Source of the DNA: Candidatus Latescibacterota bacterium | Lineage (GTDB): Bacteria; Latescibacterota; UBA2968; UBA8231 | DNA: 64,000 nt | Assembly: GCA_007136405.1 (NCBI GenBank) | Contig: SLHA01000132.1 | Location: forward strand, 3,814 to 67,813 | Reading direction: 5' to 3' | Shown: in pieces, positions 55,395 through 63,693 of the stretch | How the letters are laid out: each line of letters starts with the position of its first letter | How positions within the stretch are numbered: the first letter of the stretch is position 1 | Made by a program: the position numbers and the translations under genes | The notes under the pieces: model-generated | Told to the model about the DNA's origin: nothing | Database searches by the model: none | The model's input: the letters and a program-made list of their open reading frames with translations, nothing else

Positions 55395-57752
55395 TTGACT
55401 GAGCAAGTAACACACCAATCCGCAGACAGCCCCTCGCGCCGGCAGCTGCCTGCCGCCATAGACGCCCAGCTGGACTCGCTTCTGGCCCCGGGTGAGGATC
55501 TGCAGCTGGCGGTCACCACGGACATCCGTCTGGATGGAGCCTTCGGGGATGCCTATCTGTTGGCCACAGACCGCCAGCTACTGGCCATCAGCCCCAATGA
55601 CAGCACCCCCCATGTATCCAGCCTGGCGCTGGCGGACATCGTCTCGGTGGAAGTGCAGGAGCTGTTCGGCAGCAATGCGCTGAAGGTACGCACGGAGGAT
55701 GCGGGAGCCACCATGGCTGTGTTCTCCAAGTCTCTGGAGGAACGCTTCGCCTCGGTACCGGAACAGATAGAGCAACTGGTTCGGGCAGCGCAGCCCCAGG
55801 CACCGGAGCAACTCGTGCAACGGCGGGGTTCGCGTCACAAGGTCCGTAGAAGACGTTGCGAGACCTGCGGCCAGGTGATCCCCCACCGGATGGGGGTCTG
55901 TCCCAACTGTCTGGACAAACGGCAGTTGATCAAACGGTTCCTCAGTTACATTCAGCCTTACTGGCCGCTGGCCACCTTCAGCATGCTGATCCTGCTGACC
56001 GCTACGTTCATCGGCCTGACTCCGCCGTTACTCATGCGTACCATGATCGATGACGTGTTCAGGCCGGCGGATCAGATCGCCAGACAGGCACCCAGCGCCC
56101 TCGATGCCGTCCAGGCTGTGAGTCAGATGGAGGTGGCGCTGCCCATCCTGGGGTCCGTTACACCCACCGGCGCCCTGCTTGCCCTTGTTCTGGTCCTGTT
56201 ATTGATCAACGTCTCGCGCAACGCGCTCGGTGCCGTGCGCTCCTATCTGCTGGCCCGGTTGGGTCAGCAGATCACCTTCGACCTGAGACGCCAGGTGTAC
56301 CACCATCTCCACCGGCTGTCCCTGTCCTTCTACAACGACCGGGACACCGGCCGTATCATGGCCAGCGTCACCCATGATGTCGGGCGCCTGCAGGACTTCC
56401 TCAGCGACGGCCTGCAGGAAATAATTCGCAACATTCTCACCATCATCATCATCGTCTCCATCCTTTTCTACCTGAATGCCAGCCTTGCCCTGTATATCTT
56501 GATTCCCGTTCCGTTCATCGTCCTCGTCACCATCCGCTTCGCCCACATCCTGCATAGGGTGTACCACAACCTGTGGCGTCGCTGGGCGGCCATCAGCTCG
56601 CTGCTGGCCGATGTCATACCCGGCGTACGCGTGGTCAAGGCTTTCGCGCAGGAAAACCGGGAAGTGCGCAAGTTCGATGCCCGGAGCGAGGACCTGCTCC
56701 AGGGTGAGCTGCGCGCCGCCCGGGTCCGCAGCGTCTTCTCCCCGATCATGGCTTTGCTGACCTCCATGGGCACGATGATCATCTGGTGGGTGGGCGGCAA
56801 CAAGGTTCTCAGTACTGAACTCACCCTGGGATCCTTCGTGGCCTTCACCGGATACATGTGGCAGTTCTACGGGCCCGTGGAGGCGCTTTGCCGGCTCAAC
56901 CACCGCTTCCAGCGGGCGGCGACGTCGGCCGAACGGGTCTTCGAAGTGCTGGATACCACGCCTGACGTGGCCGACATGCAGAACGCCAGACCCATGCCCA
57001 CCATAGACGGCCAGGTCGAGTTCGATGCGGTGACCTTCGCCTACGAACCCGGCAAACCGGTGCTGAGCAACCTGTCGTTCACCGTGAGTCCGGGCGAAAT
57101 GATCGGCCTGGTGGGGCACAGCGGTGCGGGCAAAAGCACGGTGATCAACCTCATCTGCCGCTTCTACGATCTCGAAGAGGGCGCCATCCTAATCGATGGC
57201 CGTGACATTCGCGATGTCCAGCTCAAATCCCTGCGGGACCAGATCGGCGTGGTGCTGCAGGATCCGTTTTTGTTCAACGGCAGCGTGGCCGAAAACATCG
57301 CCTACGGCAAACCACGGGCATCGCTGGAAGAGGTAGTGGCCGCGGCCAAAGCCGCCAACGCCCATGACTTCGTGCTGAACCTGCCGGAAGCGTACGACTC
57401 GAGGCTGGGAGAACGGGGGGTGCGTCTGTCAGGCGGCGAACGACAGCGCATCTCCATTGCCCGGGCCATTCTGCGCAATCCGCGCATCCTGATTCTCGAT
57501 GAAGCCACGTCGAGTATGGACACGGAGACCGAAGCCACCATCCAGGAAGCGCTGGGCAGGCTGGTCAAGGGCCGCACCACGTTTGCCATCGCCCACCGGT
57601 TGTCGACGCTGAAGAACGCCAACCGTCTGCTGGTGATCGAAAAAGGGAGACTGGCCGAAATCGGAACGCATGACGAATTGCTGGCCCAGGATGGTATATA
57701 TGCTCGCCTGTGCCACCTGCAGAGCGAGCTTTCCCGACTGCGCGTCGTGTGA
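55395..57752 (+). CDS. ABC exporter (fused TMD-NBD, MsbA-like) with ~170-aa N-terminal extension containing a zinc-ribbon
   Basis: TTG start in the track. The N-terminal soluble region ends in CETCGQVIPHRMGVCPNC, followed by six TM segments. Walker A GHSGAGKST, signature LSGGERQRISIARA, Walker B ILILDEATS. Confidence 0.85.
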   Translation: MTEQVTHQSADSPSRRQLPAAIDAQLDSLLAPGEDLQLAVTTDIRLDGAFGDAYLLATDRQLLAISPNDSTPHVSSLALADIVSVEVQELFGSNALKVRTEDAGATMAVFSKSLEERFASVPEQIEQLVRAAQPQAPEQLVQRRGSRHKVRRRRCETCGQVIPHRMGVCPNCLDKRQLIKRFLSYIQPYWPLATFSMLILLTATFIGLTPPLLMRTMIDDVFRPADQIARQAPSALDAVQAVSQMEVALPILGSVTPTGALLALVLVLLLINVSRNALGAVRSYLLARLGQQITFDLRRQVYHHLHRLSLSFYNDRDTGRIMASVTHDVGRLQDFLSDGLQEIIRNILTIIIIVSILFYLNASLALYILIPVPFIVLVTIRFAHILHRVYHNLWRRWAAISSLLADVIPGVRVVKAFAQENREVRKFDARSEDLLQGELRAARVRSVFSPIMALLTSMGTMIIWWVGGNKVLSTELTLGSFVAFTGYMWQFYGPVEALCRLNHRFQRAATSAERVFEVLDTTPDVADMQNARPMPTIDGQVEFDAVTFAYEPGKPVLSNLSFTVSPGEMIGLVGHSGAGKSTVINLICRFYDLEEGAILIDGRDIRDVQLKSLRDQIGVVLQDPFLFNGSVAENIAYGKPRASLEEVVAAAKAANAHDFVLNLPEAYDSRLGERGVRLSGGERQRISIARAILRNPRILILDEATSSMDTETEATIQEALGRLVKGRTTFAIAHRLSTLKNANRLLVIEKGRLAEIGTHDELLAQDGIYARLCHLQSELSRLRVV

Positions 57753-57766
57753 GGAGAGCTATCACT

Positions 57767-58273
57767 ATGGATGGTGTCTATCCGCTGGAAACCGAGTTGA
57801 ACCTTGTCGATCCCGGCAGCGTTCGCTTTTCACGGGATAAGTACGATGAACTGGTGATGCACCAGGACGGTCATGAACACGCCGGTGTGCGGCTGATCCG
57901 GGGATTTCCGCACAGCGCCCCCCAGCGCATGCTCTCCGTACGCACCCGAACGGGCGACGAGCTGGGTATGGTGGCCAACCTCACCGATCTGGACGATGCC
58001 AGCCGGCAGGTCGTATGGGACGAACTGGAGAGCGCCTACTTCATCCCTCGCATCGATCGCATCCTGAACATCGAAGAGCGCTTCCACGTACCCTTCTGGG
58101 AAGTGGAAACAGACCGCGGACCACGGCGATTCGAAGTCCGCTCCGGCCGCAGCGATGTCCGGGTTCACGGCGCCCTGGTGCTGATCCAGGATGCAGACGG
58201 CAACCACTACACCATTCCGGACTACCGGCGCCTGGATCCGGCCAGCCGCACACTGCTGGAAAGCCAGATATAG
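57767..58273 (+). CDS. DUF1854-like protein (family known to be fused or adjacent to ABC exporters)
   Basis: Start at MDGVYPLE, with GAGGAG 10 nt upstream. The segment FWEVETDRGPRRFEV...DADGNHYTIPDYRRLDPASRTLLE resembles DUF1854 as I recall it. Confidence 0.6.
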   Translation: MDGVYPLETELNLVDPGSVRFSRDKYDELVMHQDGHEHAGVRLIRGFPHSAPQRMLSVRTRTGDELGMVANLTDLDDASRQVVWDELESAYFIPRIDRILNIEERFHVPFWEVETDRGPRRFEVRSGRSDVRVHGALVLIQDADGNHYTIPDYRRLDPASRTLLESQI

Positions 58274-58327
58274 GTCAGTCACATCGGACCGGGTGAACAC
58301 GAGATGCCGCCCTGTCGGATTGAGCGA

Positions 58328-59524
58328 TCAGCGCCGGCCGGCCGTTGCCTTCAGGCCCGCCGCCAGCACGGGCCATATGCCCGCTTGCGGGGACAGCAGG
58401 CTGATCACCAGGTAGCGATCCAGGTCGAAGTCGAAGAAACTGCCCGGGAAAAGCCGGATTCCGTCCTGGCGCAGCAGCGCGAGGGCCACTTCATCGGCGG
58501 CCGCGGCCAGCTCCAGGACAGCGGACCAACCGCCCTGCGGTTCCAGCAACCTGACCTGGCTGATTCCCCGCAACGCTCTTCGTAGCCTGACCAGATTGGC
58601 GTTGATCCGCTCGCTGATTTGCCGCTGGATGCCGGCGCGAAACGCCAGCAGTTCCGGCAGCGCCTGCTGCACGCCGGTGTTGACCGACAGGTAAGTATCT
58701 GCGATCACCTCCAGCAGAGCCAGTGCCCGTGAGCGTTGCGCCTCCGGTCCATCAACGACCATCCAGCTCAGCTTGACCTGGGGAAGACCCAGGCTCTTGG
58801 ACAGTCCGTTCAGGGTGAAACGCAGCACGGGACAGCGCTCCGGATATGCGGTTCGCGCCGATACAGTCCGGTCAACCGGATAGTCCGTAAAAACCTCGTC
58901 CATGATGAGGGCCAGACCGCATTCGAGCGCCAGACGCTCCACTGCGTCGTAATCGATCCGGGTGACATACGATCCCGTGGGGTTGTTCGGGCTTACCAGC
59001 ACCACTGCCCGCGTCCGGGGGCCGATGCATGCCGCCAGGCGATCCACATCGATCTGCCAGCCCCGCGCCACCGGACGCAACGGGTAGGAGATCATCCGAA
59101 CGCCTTCCAGATCGCCCAGATAACCGAACAACGGGTAGCTGGGCCGGGGCACGAGCACCTGGTCTCCCGGATCGGCAAGCAACTTCAGCAGGAAACCGTA
59201 AGCTTCGCTGGTACTGGCGGTCAACACGATGTGATCCGCCGAAACGGACTGACCTCGTTGCGCGTAGTACTGTTGGACCGCAGCGCGGGCTGAGGGCATG
59301 CCCAAAGGAGTCGGGGCGTATGTCTTCCAGGACGCCGCAGCCAGTGCATGCCACAAGGCTGCGGGATAGATGATTTCTGCCCGGGTCGGATTGGACAGCG
59401 TAAGATCGAGCACCGTCCGGCCGCTGGCCTGTCGACACGCCAGTGCGCGCGCGAGTGTATTGGGCTCCAGCTCCCACCCTGTACGGCAGGAAAAAAATCT
59501 GGGTTCCTTACTGATGACACCCAT
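58328..59524 (-). CDS. Pyridoxal-phosphate-dependent aminotransferase, class I/II
   Basis: 398 aa. PNNPTG motif and the PLP-lysine context LNGLSKSLGLPQVKL. Confidence 0.85.
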   Translation of the reverse strand: MGVISKEPRFFSCRTGWELEPNTLARALACRQASGRTVLDLTLSNPTRAEIIYPAALWHALAAASWKTYAPTPLGMPSARAAVQQYYAQRGQSVSADHIVLTASTSEAYGFLLKLLADPGDQVLVPRPSYPLFGYLGDLEGVRMISYPLRPVARGWQIDVDRLAACIGPRTRAVVLVSPNNPTGSYVTRIDYDAVERLALECGLALIMDEVFTDYPVDRTVSARTAYPERCPVLRFTLNGLSKSLGLPQVKLSWMVVDGPEAQRSRALALLEVIADTYLSVNTGVQQALPELLAFRAGIQRQISERINANLVRLRRALRGISQVRLLEPQGGWSAVLELAAAADEVALALLRQDGIRLFPGSFFDFDLDRYLVISLLSPQAGIWPVLAAGLKATAGRR

Positions 59525-59600
59525 CGATCACCTACGAATCATTATGGCGATGCGCCGGTATGCCGATGCAGGTACTGGGCCAACGCGGCTGCGGCCGCGC

Positions 59601-59727
59601 GCCGGAGCAAGACGCTGGAGCGAAAGGCTTGGCGAAACGCCGCATTCAGACGCCGGAGCAAGGCGCCTGGCGAAACGCCGCATTCAGACGCCGGAGCAAG
59701 GCGCCTGGCGAAACGCCGCAGTCAGAG
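59601..59727. repeat. ~38-bp tandem repeat x3 (first copy carries a 13-nt insertion) between the RbsD/FucU-like and aminotransferase genes
   Basis: The unit is gccggagcaaggcgcctggcgaaacgccgcattcagac, at 59652-89 and 59690-727. A longer variant lies at 59601-51. Each unit contains the GGCG-AAA-CGCC mini-hairpin. Confidence 0.9.
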
Positions 59728-60156
59728 AGACGGGGTCACCCCTTTCTTGAGAATGATGTTGCCGTATTTGGCCGTTTCCCCCGTGGCCACCACGGCAAAG
59801 GCGCGTCCCGCCTGCGCGTAGAAGGCGAAGCGTTCCACCCGGGCAATGGGCGGAGTTTCCGGCCAGTGGCGATCGATGGCGGCCCTGTATGCCGCTTCCA
59901 CCGCTGGATCGAGTCCATCACCGGGTACCGGCGCCATCATGTAAACCGGGGTCTCCACGTAATCATCCCGGGCCAGCAACGGCAGTATGCCGTCCAGCAA
60001 TGGTGCAATCCTCAGCCCGTCGGCACGGATTACCGTATCGTTGACTGAGTGCGCGGGGAAGTGGGCATCCGCCAGTACGATCTCGTCGCCATGCCCCATG
60101 GCACACAGCGTGGCCAGCAGCTCCGGGCTCAGCAGCGGTGATATTCCAACCAGCAT
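59722..60156 (-). CDS. RbsD/FucU family protein (sugar mutarotase/pyranase-like)
   Basis: [15 protein letters not shown] motif. Start set at MLVGISPLL (ATG 60156), with GGGAG upstream. The longer track start would overlap a near-consensus divergent promoter. Confidence 0.75.
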   Translation of the reverse strand: MLVGISPLLSPELLATLCAMGHGDEIVLADAHFPAHSVNDTVIRADGLRIAPLLDGILPLLARDDYVETPVYMMAPVPGDGLDPAVEAAYRAAIDRHWPETPPIARVERFAFYAQAGRAFAVVATGETAKYGNIILKKGVTPSL

Positions 60157-60191
60157 CTCGATCTCCCTGTGAAGTGTCCAGACAGACAAAA

Positions 60192-60220
60192 TTGACAACG
60201 CAGTCCAAAGCGATTAATTA
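60192..60220 (+). promoter_or_regulatory. Near-consensus sigma-70-type promoter TTGACA-N17-TAATTA upstream of the first DUF2294 gene
   Basis: TTGACA at 60192-97, a 17-nt spacer, and TAATTA at 60215-20. It lies 59 nt upstream of ATG 60279. Confidence 0.5.
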
Positions 60221-60254
60221 CGGGTAAAAGTCAGCAGAGCGCATGCCCTGAGCG

Positions 60255-60270
60255 TCCTGATACGTCAGGA
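60255..60270 (+). promoter_or_regulatory. 5'-UTR hairpin TCCTGA-tacg-TCAGGA whose 3' arm overlaps the Shine-Dalgarno AGGAG of the first DUF2294 gene
   Basis: Read directly. The 6-bp arms are exact complements, and the ATG lies 9 nt after the stem. Confidence 0.4.
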
Positions 60271-60278
60271 GAACGATC

Positions 60279-60659
60279 ATGTCGTGGACCCTGGAACAGC
60301 TGTCCGCATCTCTGGCGCAGGCCGTAGCTCGCTTCGAGGAGGAGGAGATGGGTATCCGGCCAGCCGGAGTCAAGGTACTGGTCGAGGATGATGTTGTCAT
60401 GGTCCATCTCAAGGATGTCCTGTCGCCGTCCGAGCGGGCCCTGGCACGGACCGAGGCCGGTCAGGCCGTGCTCCAGCGCTTTAACGCCATGCTCTTTGAC
60501 GGGGGCTCCACGCCCTCCATTCGCCAGCAGGTGGCACTGGCGTTGAAACGCGAAGTCCTTGATGTACAGACCACACTCAGCCCGCTGACGGGCAGTCTGG
60601 TGGCCGTGTTTTCTCTTGGAGGCGGCACCGAGAACGGCCCCGCCTCTGCGTTAGTCTGA
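60279..60659 (+). CDS. DUF2294 (MpsC-like) domain protein, paralogue 1
   Basis: 126 aa. The layout LAQAVARFEEEEMGIRPAGVKVLVEDDVVMVHLKDVLSPSERAL matches DUF2294 as recalled. Confidence 0.65.
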   Translation: MSWTLEQLSASLAQAVARFEEEEMGIRPAGVKVLVEDDVVMVHLKDVLSPSERALARTEAGQAVLQRFNAMLFDGGSTPSIRQQVALALKREVLDVQTTLSPLTGSLVAVFSLGGGTENGPASALV

Positions 60660-60715
60660 ATCATGGCGTCATACCGTTGGCCAATGGAGATGATCAACCC
60701 ATGAGACTGCACTAG

Positions 60716-61078
60716 ATGACACGGGGACAGCTGGAGGCCGAAATCAGCCGTTTGATCGTACAGTTCGCCAAAGAGCAGCTGGGCAGGGGACCCGAACGGG
60801 TACGTACCCGCGTCGTCGAGGATGTGGTCTTCGTTCGCATGGCGGGAGCGCTCACGCGTGCCGAGAAGCACCTGGCCACGCAGGCGGACGGCGCCCGTCT
60901 GGTCAAGGAAATGCGCCTGCGCCTCATGGAGAGTTCGCGCGACACGCTGGAGGCTGTCATCGCGGGTCCCACCGGCTGTCAGCTCGTCAGCTTGCACACG
61001 GATCTCAGCACGCGCACCGGAGAAGAAGTGTTGCTGTTCGTTTTGGACTGTAATCTGGAGAAATCCCTGGAACCATGA
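60716..61078 (+). CDS. DUF2294 (MpsC-like) domain protein, paralogue 2
   Basis: 120 aa. ISRLIVQFAKEQLGRGPERVRTRVVEDVVFVRMAGALTRAEKHL runs parallel to the preceding gene product. Confidence 0.65.
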   Translation: MTRGQLEAEISRLIVQFAKEQLGRGPERVRTRVVEDVVFVRMAGALTRAEKHLATQADGARLVKEMRLRLMESSRDTLEAVIAGPTGCQLVSLHTDLSTRTGEEVLLFVLDCNLEKSLEP

Positions 61079-61100
61079 TCGCTTGATCGATCGCTTGATC
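61077..61100. repeat. Perfect 12-bp tandem duplication (gatcgcttgatc x2) giving four GATC sites in 24 nt, overlapping the stop codon of the second DUF2294 gene (61076-78)
   Basis: Copies at 61077-88 and 61089-100. The SD and ATG of the next gene follow at 61105-61123. Confidence 0.9.
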
Positions 61101-61120
61101 GCGCAGAGGAGGTGTGGAAG

Positions 61121-61810
61121 ATGGCCGTTATAACCGTGTCACGGCAGCTAGGCAGCTTGGGAGACCGGATTGCGGCTAAATTAGCCGAAATCCTGGAATA
61201 TGACTATGTGGACAATCGATTGGTCGAGGAGATCGCTTCGATCACGGATACCACCCCGGAGGAAGTGGAAGCCTTCGACGAAAAGGGCGAGGGGCGGGTG
61301 CAGTATTTCCTCAAACGGCTCCTGGTGCCGGAGGTCAGTCCCGGTTCGTTTCCGCTGTCTGCCGCGGCGTATGCCTCCGAACTGGGCCTGGAATTCGCCT
61401 ATGTGAGCGAGGTGGACGCCGGCGAACCCAACTACCTGGACCGCGGCACGTACCAACTGCTGATCACCACGCTGATCCAGGATTACGGCGACACCGGCCG
61501 TGCCGTGATCGTGGGACGGGCCAGCCAGGTCATCCTGGCTTCGCATGCGGCTGCCTGTCACGTCAAGATTGTTGCGCCATTCGAGCTTCGCTGCAAACGC
61601 GTGGCGGAATCTCAGGGGGTGGACGCACAGGCGGCCCGCAAGCTGGTGGAACGACACGATCAGTGGCGTCACGACTACATGCGCAACTATCAGCAGGCGA
61701 AGTGGGATGACCCGCTGCTGTACCACCTGACGGTCAACACCGGCAAGATGGACTGGGAAGATGCTGTTGAGCTGTTAGCCGCCCAAGCACGCCGCATCGA
61801 AGCGGCATGA
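61121..61810 (+). CDS. Cytidylate-kinase-like family protein (P-loop-degenerate AAA/CMK-like)
   Basis: N-terminus MAVITVSRQLGSLGDRIAAKLAEILEYDYVD is typical of the cytidylate_kin2-type family. AGAGGAGG lies 8 nt upstream of ATG 61121. Confidence 0.65.
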   Translation: MAVITVSRQLGSLGDRIAAKLAEILEYDYVDNRLVEEIASITDTTPEEVEAFDEKGEGRVQYFLKRLLVPEVSPGSFPLSAAAYASELGLEFAYVSEVDAGEPNYLDRGTYQLLITTLIQDYGDTGRAVIVGRASQVILASHAAACHVKIVAPFELRCKRVAESQGVDAQAARKLVERHDQWRHDYMRNYQQAKWDDPLLYHLTVNTGKMDWEDAVELLAAQARRIEAA

Positions 61811-62046
61811 CACCGCTGCCTGCCGCGTGTCTTGCCGCAGTCTGGCGTGTCCGGCCGCGGGTACCGAGGTAGGCGCAGGCCTACCGGGTGTCGTGTCATT
61901 CCGAAGGAGCAGGGTACAGCGCCGCAGCCGTGAGCCGCGCCCCTGGGCCGCAATCCGCAATCGTCAGCCGCATTTCAGCGCGGCGTAACAGGGCCGCAAC
62001 CGGGGCTCTGAGCCTGGTGCCAGTCCGGAACCGCCGGAATCAGCGC

Positions 62047-63663
62047 TCAGGCTCCGGGTATGCCGCCGCTTATCGGCACGTGCAGCAATACAGGCCGCCG
62101 TTGCGCCAGCGCCTCCTGCAGGGCAGGTGCCAGCTGGTCCGCGGATTCAACCCGCATACCTGTGGCCCCCAGAGCCTCTGCCACAGCGACGAAATCGATG
62201 GCGCCCAGAATGCTGTTCAGCGGCTGCCCGTAGCTCGGTTCCTGACCACTGGCCACGATCCCCCAGCGCTGGTCGTCAGCCACGACCATCACGACAGGCA
62301 GATCCTGGCCAACGGCCCGTTCCAGATCCGTCAGGGTGAACGTGGCCGAACCGTCTCCACTGAGCAGCACCACGGGACGCGACGGAAAGCCGGCCCGGGC
62401 CGCCATGGCACCACCGAGTCCGAATCCCACCACGCCGCTGGCTCCGCAGGTCAACCAGTGGGCCGGGTATTGACGCCGCCCCAACGTCTGATGAAACCAT
62501 TGCCCGATATTGCCTCCGTCCACCACCAGTACCGCTTCGGCCGGCAACACCGCCTGGAAGGCATCCAGAATGTCGATGGCGTGGGTAACGTCCCCTTGCC
62601 GCACCACTCCCGCCCGGATACTCTCGGTGAAACGGTTGCGCAACTGCTCAGCCGTCCGCAGCCAGTCCTCGTAACCGGAAACCCCGCGCGCCGCGGCCGC
62701 CGCGTCCAGCTCCCGCATCGCATGCACCGGATCGGCCAGTATGGGTAGATCGCATGGCCCCCGGGCCAAACGAGCCGCATCCATCTCGATCCGCATGATC
62801 CGGGGGCGATCCGCCGCATTCGGCCGCCCATAGGCCAGCCGGTAATCCAGCTCGGCGCCAGCCAGGATCAGCAGATCGGCGCGCTCCAGCAGTTCCGGAT
62901 CTCCTGTGGCCGCTCCAACCACGCCCATGAACTCGGCGCACGGCTGCACTACGGTACCACGATCCCAGATAGGTACCATCAGCGGAATCCCGTAGGCCGC
63001 ACAGAACCCCTCGATCGCTTCCTCGGCGCCACTGTAGAAGGCTCCGCTGCCGGCCACCAGCAACGGCCGCCTGGAGGCACTCAGCATGTCCACAGCGCTG
63101 CGTACGACCTCCGCGGAAGGATGCGCTCCGCTGGGACGCACCACCCGTCTGCACGGTGCTGAACTGGTGGAGGCCGTCTGGACATCCATAGGTATGGTAA
63201 GATGCACGGGCCCCGGACGGCCACTGATCGCTGCAGCGAAGGCGTCGTGGACCAGTTCCGGGATCCGGTCAGCCGCATCGACCAGGCGCGCGTACTTGCA
63301 CACCGGAGCCGCCAGCGCCACCTGGTCCAGGTCCTGGAAGTGCCCCCTGCCTGCGGTCTGCAACGGACCGGCGCCCGTGACCAGCAGCATGGGCGCACCG
63401 TCGAAATGGGCATTCAACACCCCGGCCATGGCGTTGACGTGGGCAACGCCGCTGCTGGCCAGACAGACGCCGACCTGACCGCTCAGCCGCCCCCAGCTTT
63501 CGGCCATGTAACCAGCGGTCTGTTCGTTGCGCGTATCGATGACGCGAACACCGGCGGCATGACAGGCTGCCAGGATGCTGTTCAGTCCATTGCCACATAG
63601 ACCGCTGACCCACTCCACACCCTGTTGCCGCAAACACGCCACGAACAACTCCGCACCATTCAT
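62047..63663 (-). CDS. Thiamine-diphosphate-dependent enzyme (acetolactate synthase large subunit-like)
   Basis: 538 aa. The N-terminal Pyr domain (NEQTAGYMAESWGRLSG..GVCLASSGVAHVNAMAGV), a central domain, and the C-terminal TPP-binding LSGDGSATF...VVADDQRWG. Confidence 0.85.
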   Translation of the reverse strand: MNGAELFVACLRQQGVEWVSGLCGNGLNSILAACHAAGVRVIDTRNEQTAGYMAESWGRLSGQVGVCLASSGVAHVNAMAGVLNAHFDGAPMLLVTGAGPLQTAGRGHFQDLDQVALAAPVCKYARLVDAADRIPELVHDAFAAAISGRPGPVHLTIPMDVQTASTSSAPCRRVVRPSGAHPSAEVVRSAVDMLSASRRPLLVAGSGAFYSGAEEAIEGFCAAYGIPLMVPIWDRGTVVQPCAEFMGVVGAATGDPELLERADLLILAGAELDYRLAYGRPNAADRPRIMRIEMDAARLARGPCDLPILADPVHAMRELDAAAAARGVSGYEDWLRTAEQLRNRFTESIRAGVVRQGDVTHAIDILDAFQAVLPAEAVLVVDGGNIGQWFHQTLGRRQYPAHWLTCGASGVVGFGLGGAMAARAGFPSRPVVLLSGDGSATFTLTDLERAVGQDLPVVMVVADDQRWGIVASGQEPSYGQPLNSILGAIDFVAVAEALGATGMRVESADQLAPALQEALAQRRPVLLHVPISGGIPGA

Positions 63664-63693
63664 GCCGCTATCCCCGGTTATGTTGGCTGCAGC

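Noticed and set aside
59601-59727. CRISPR array. The arrays at 28540-28628, 17517-17580 and 19403-19474 were also considered
   Set aside because: The repeat units abut each other with no unique spacers. The units are 16-38 bp with no spacer-like periodicity, and no cas genes are present in the window.
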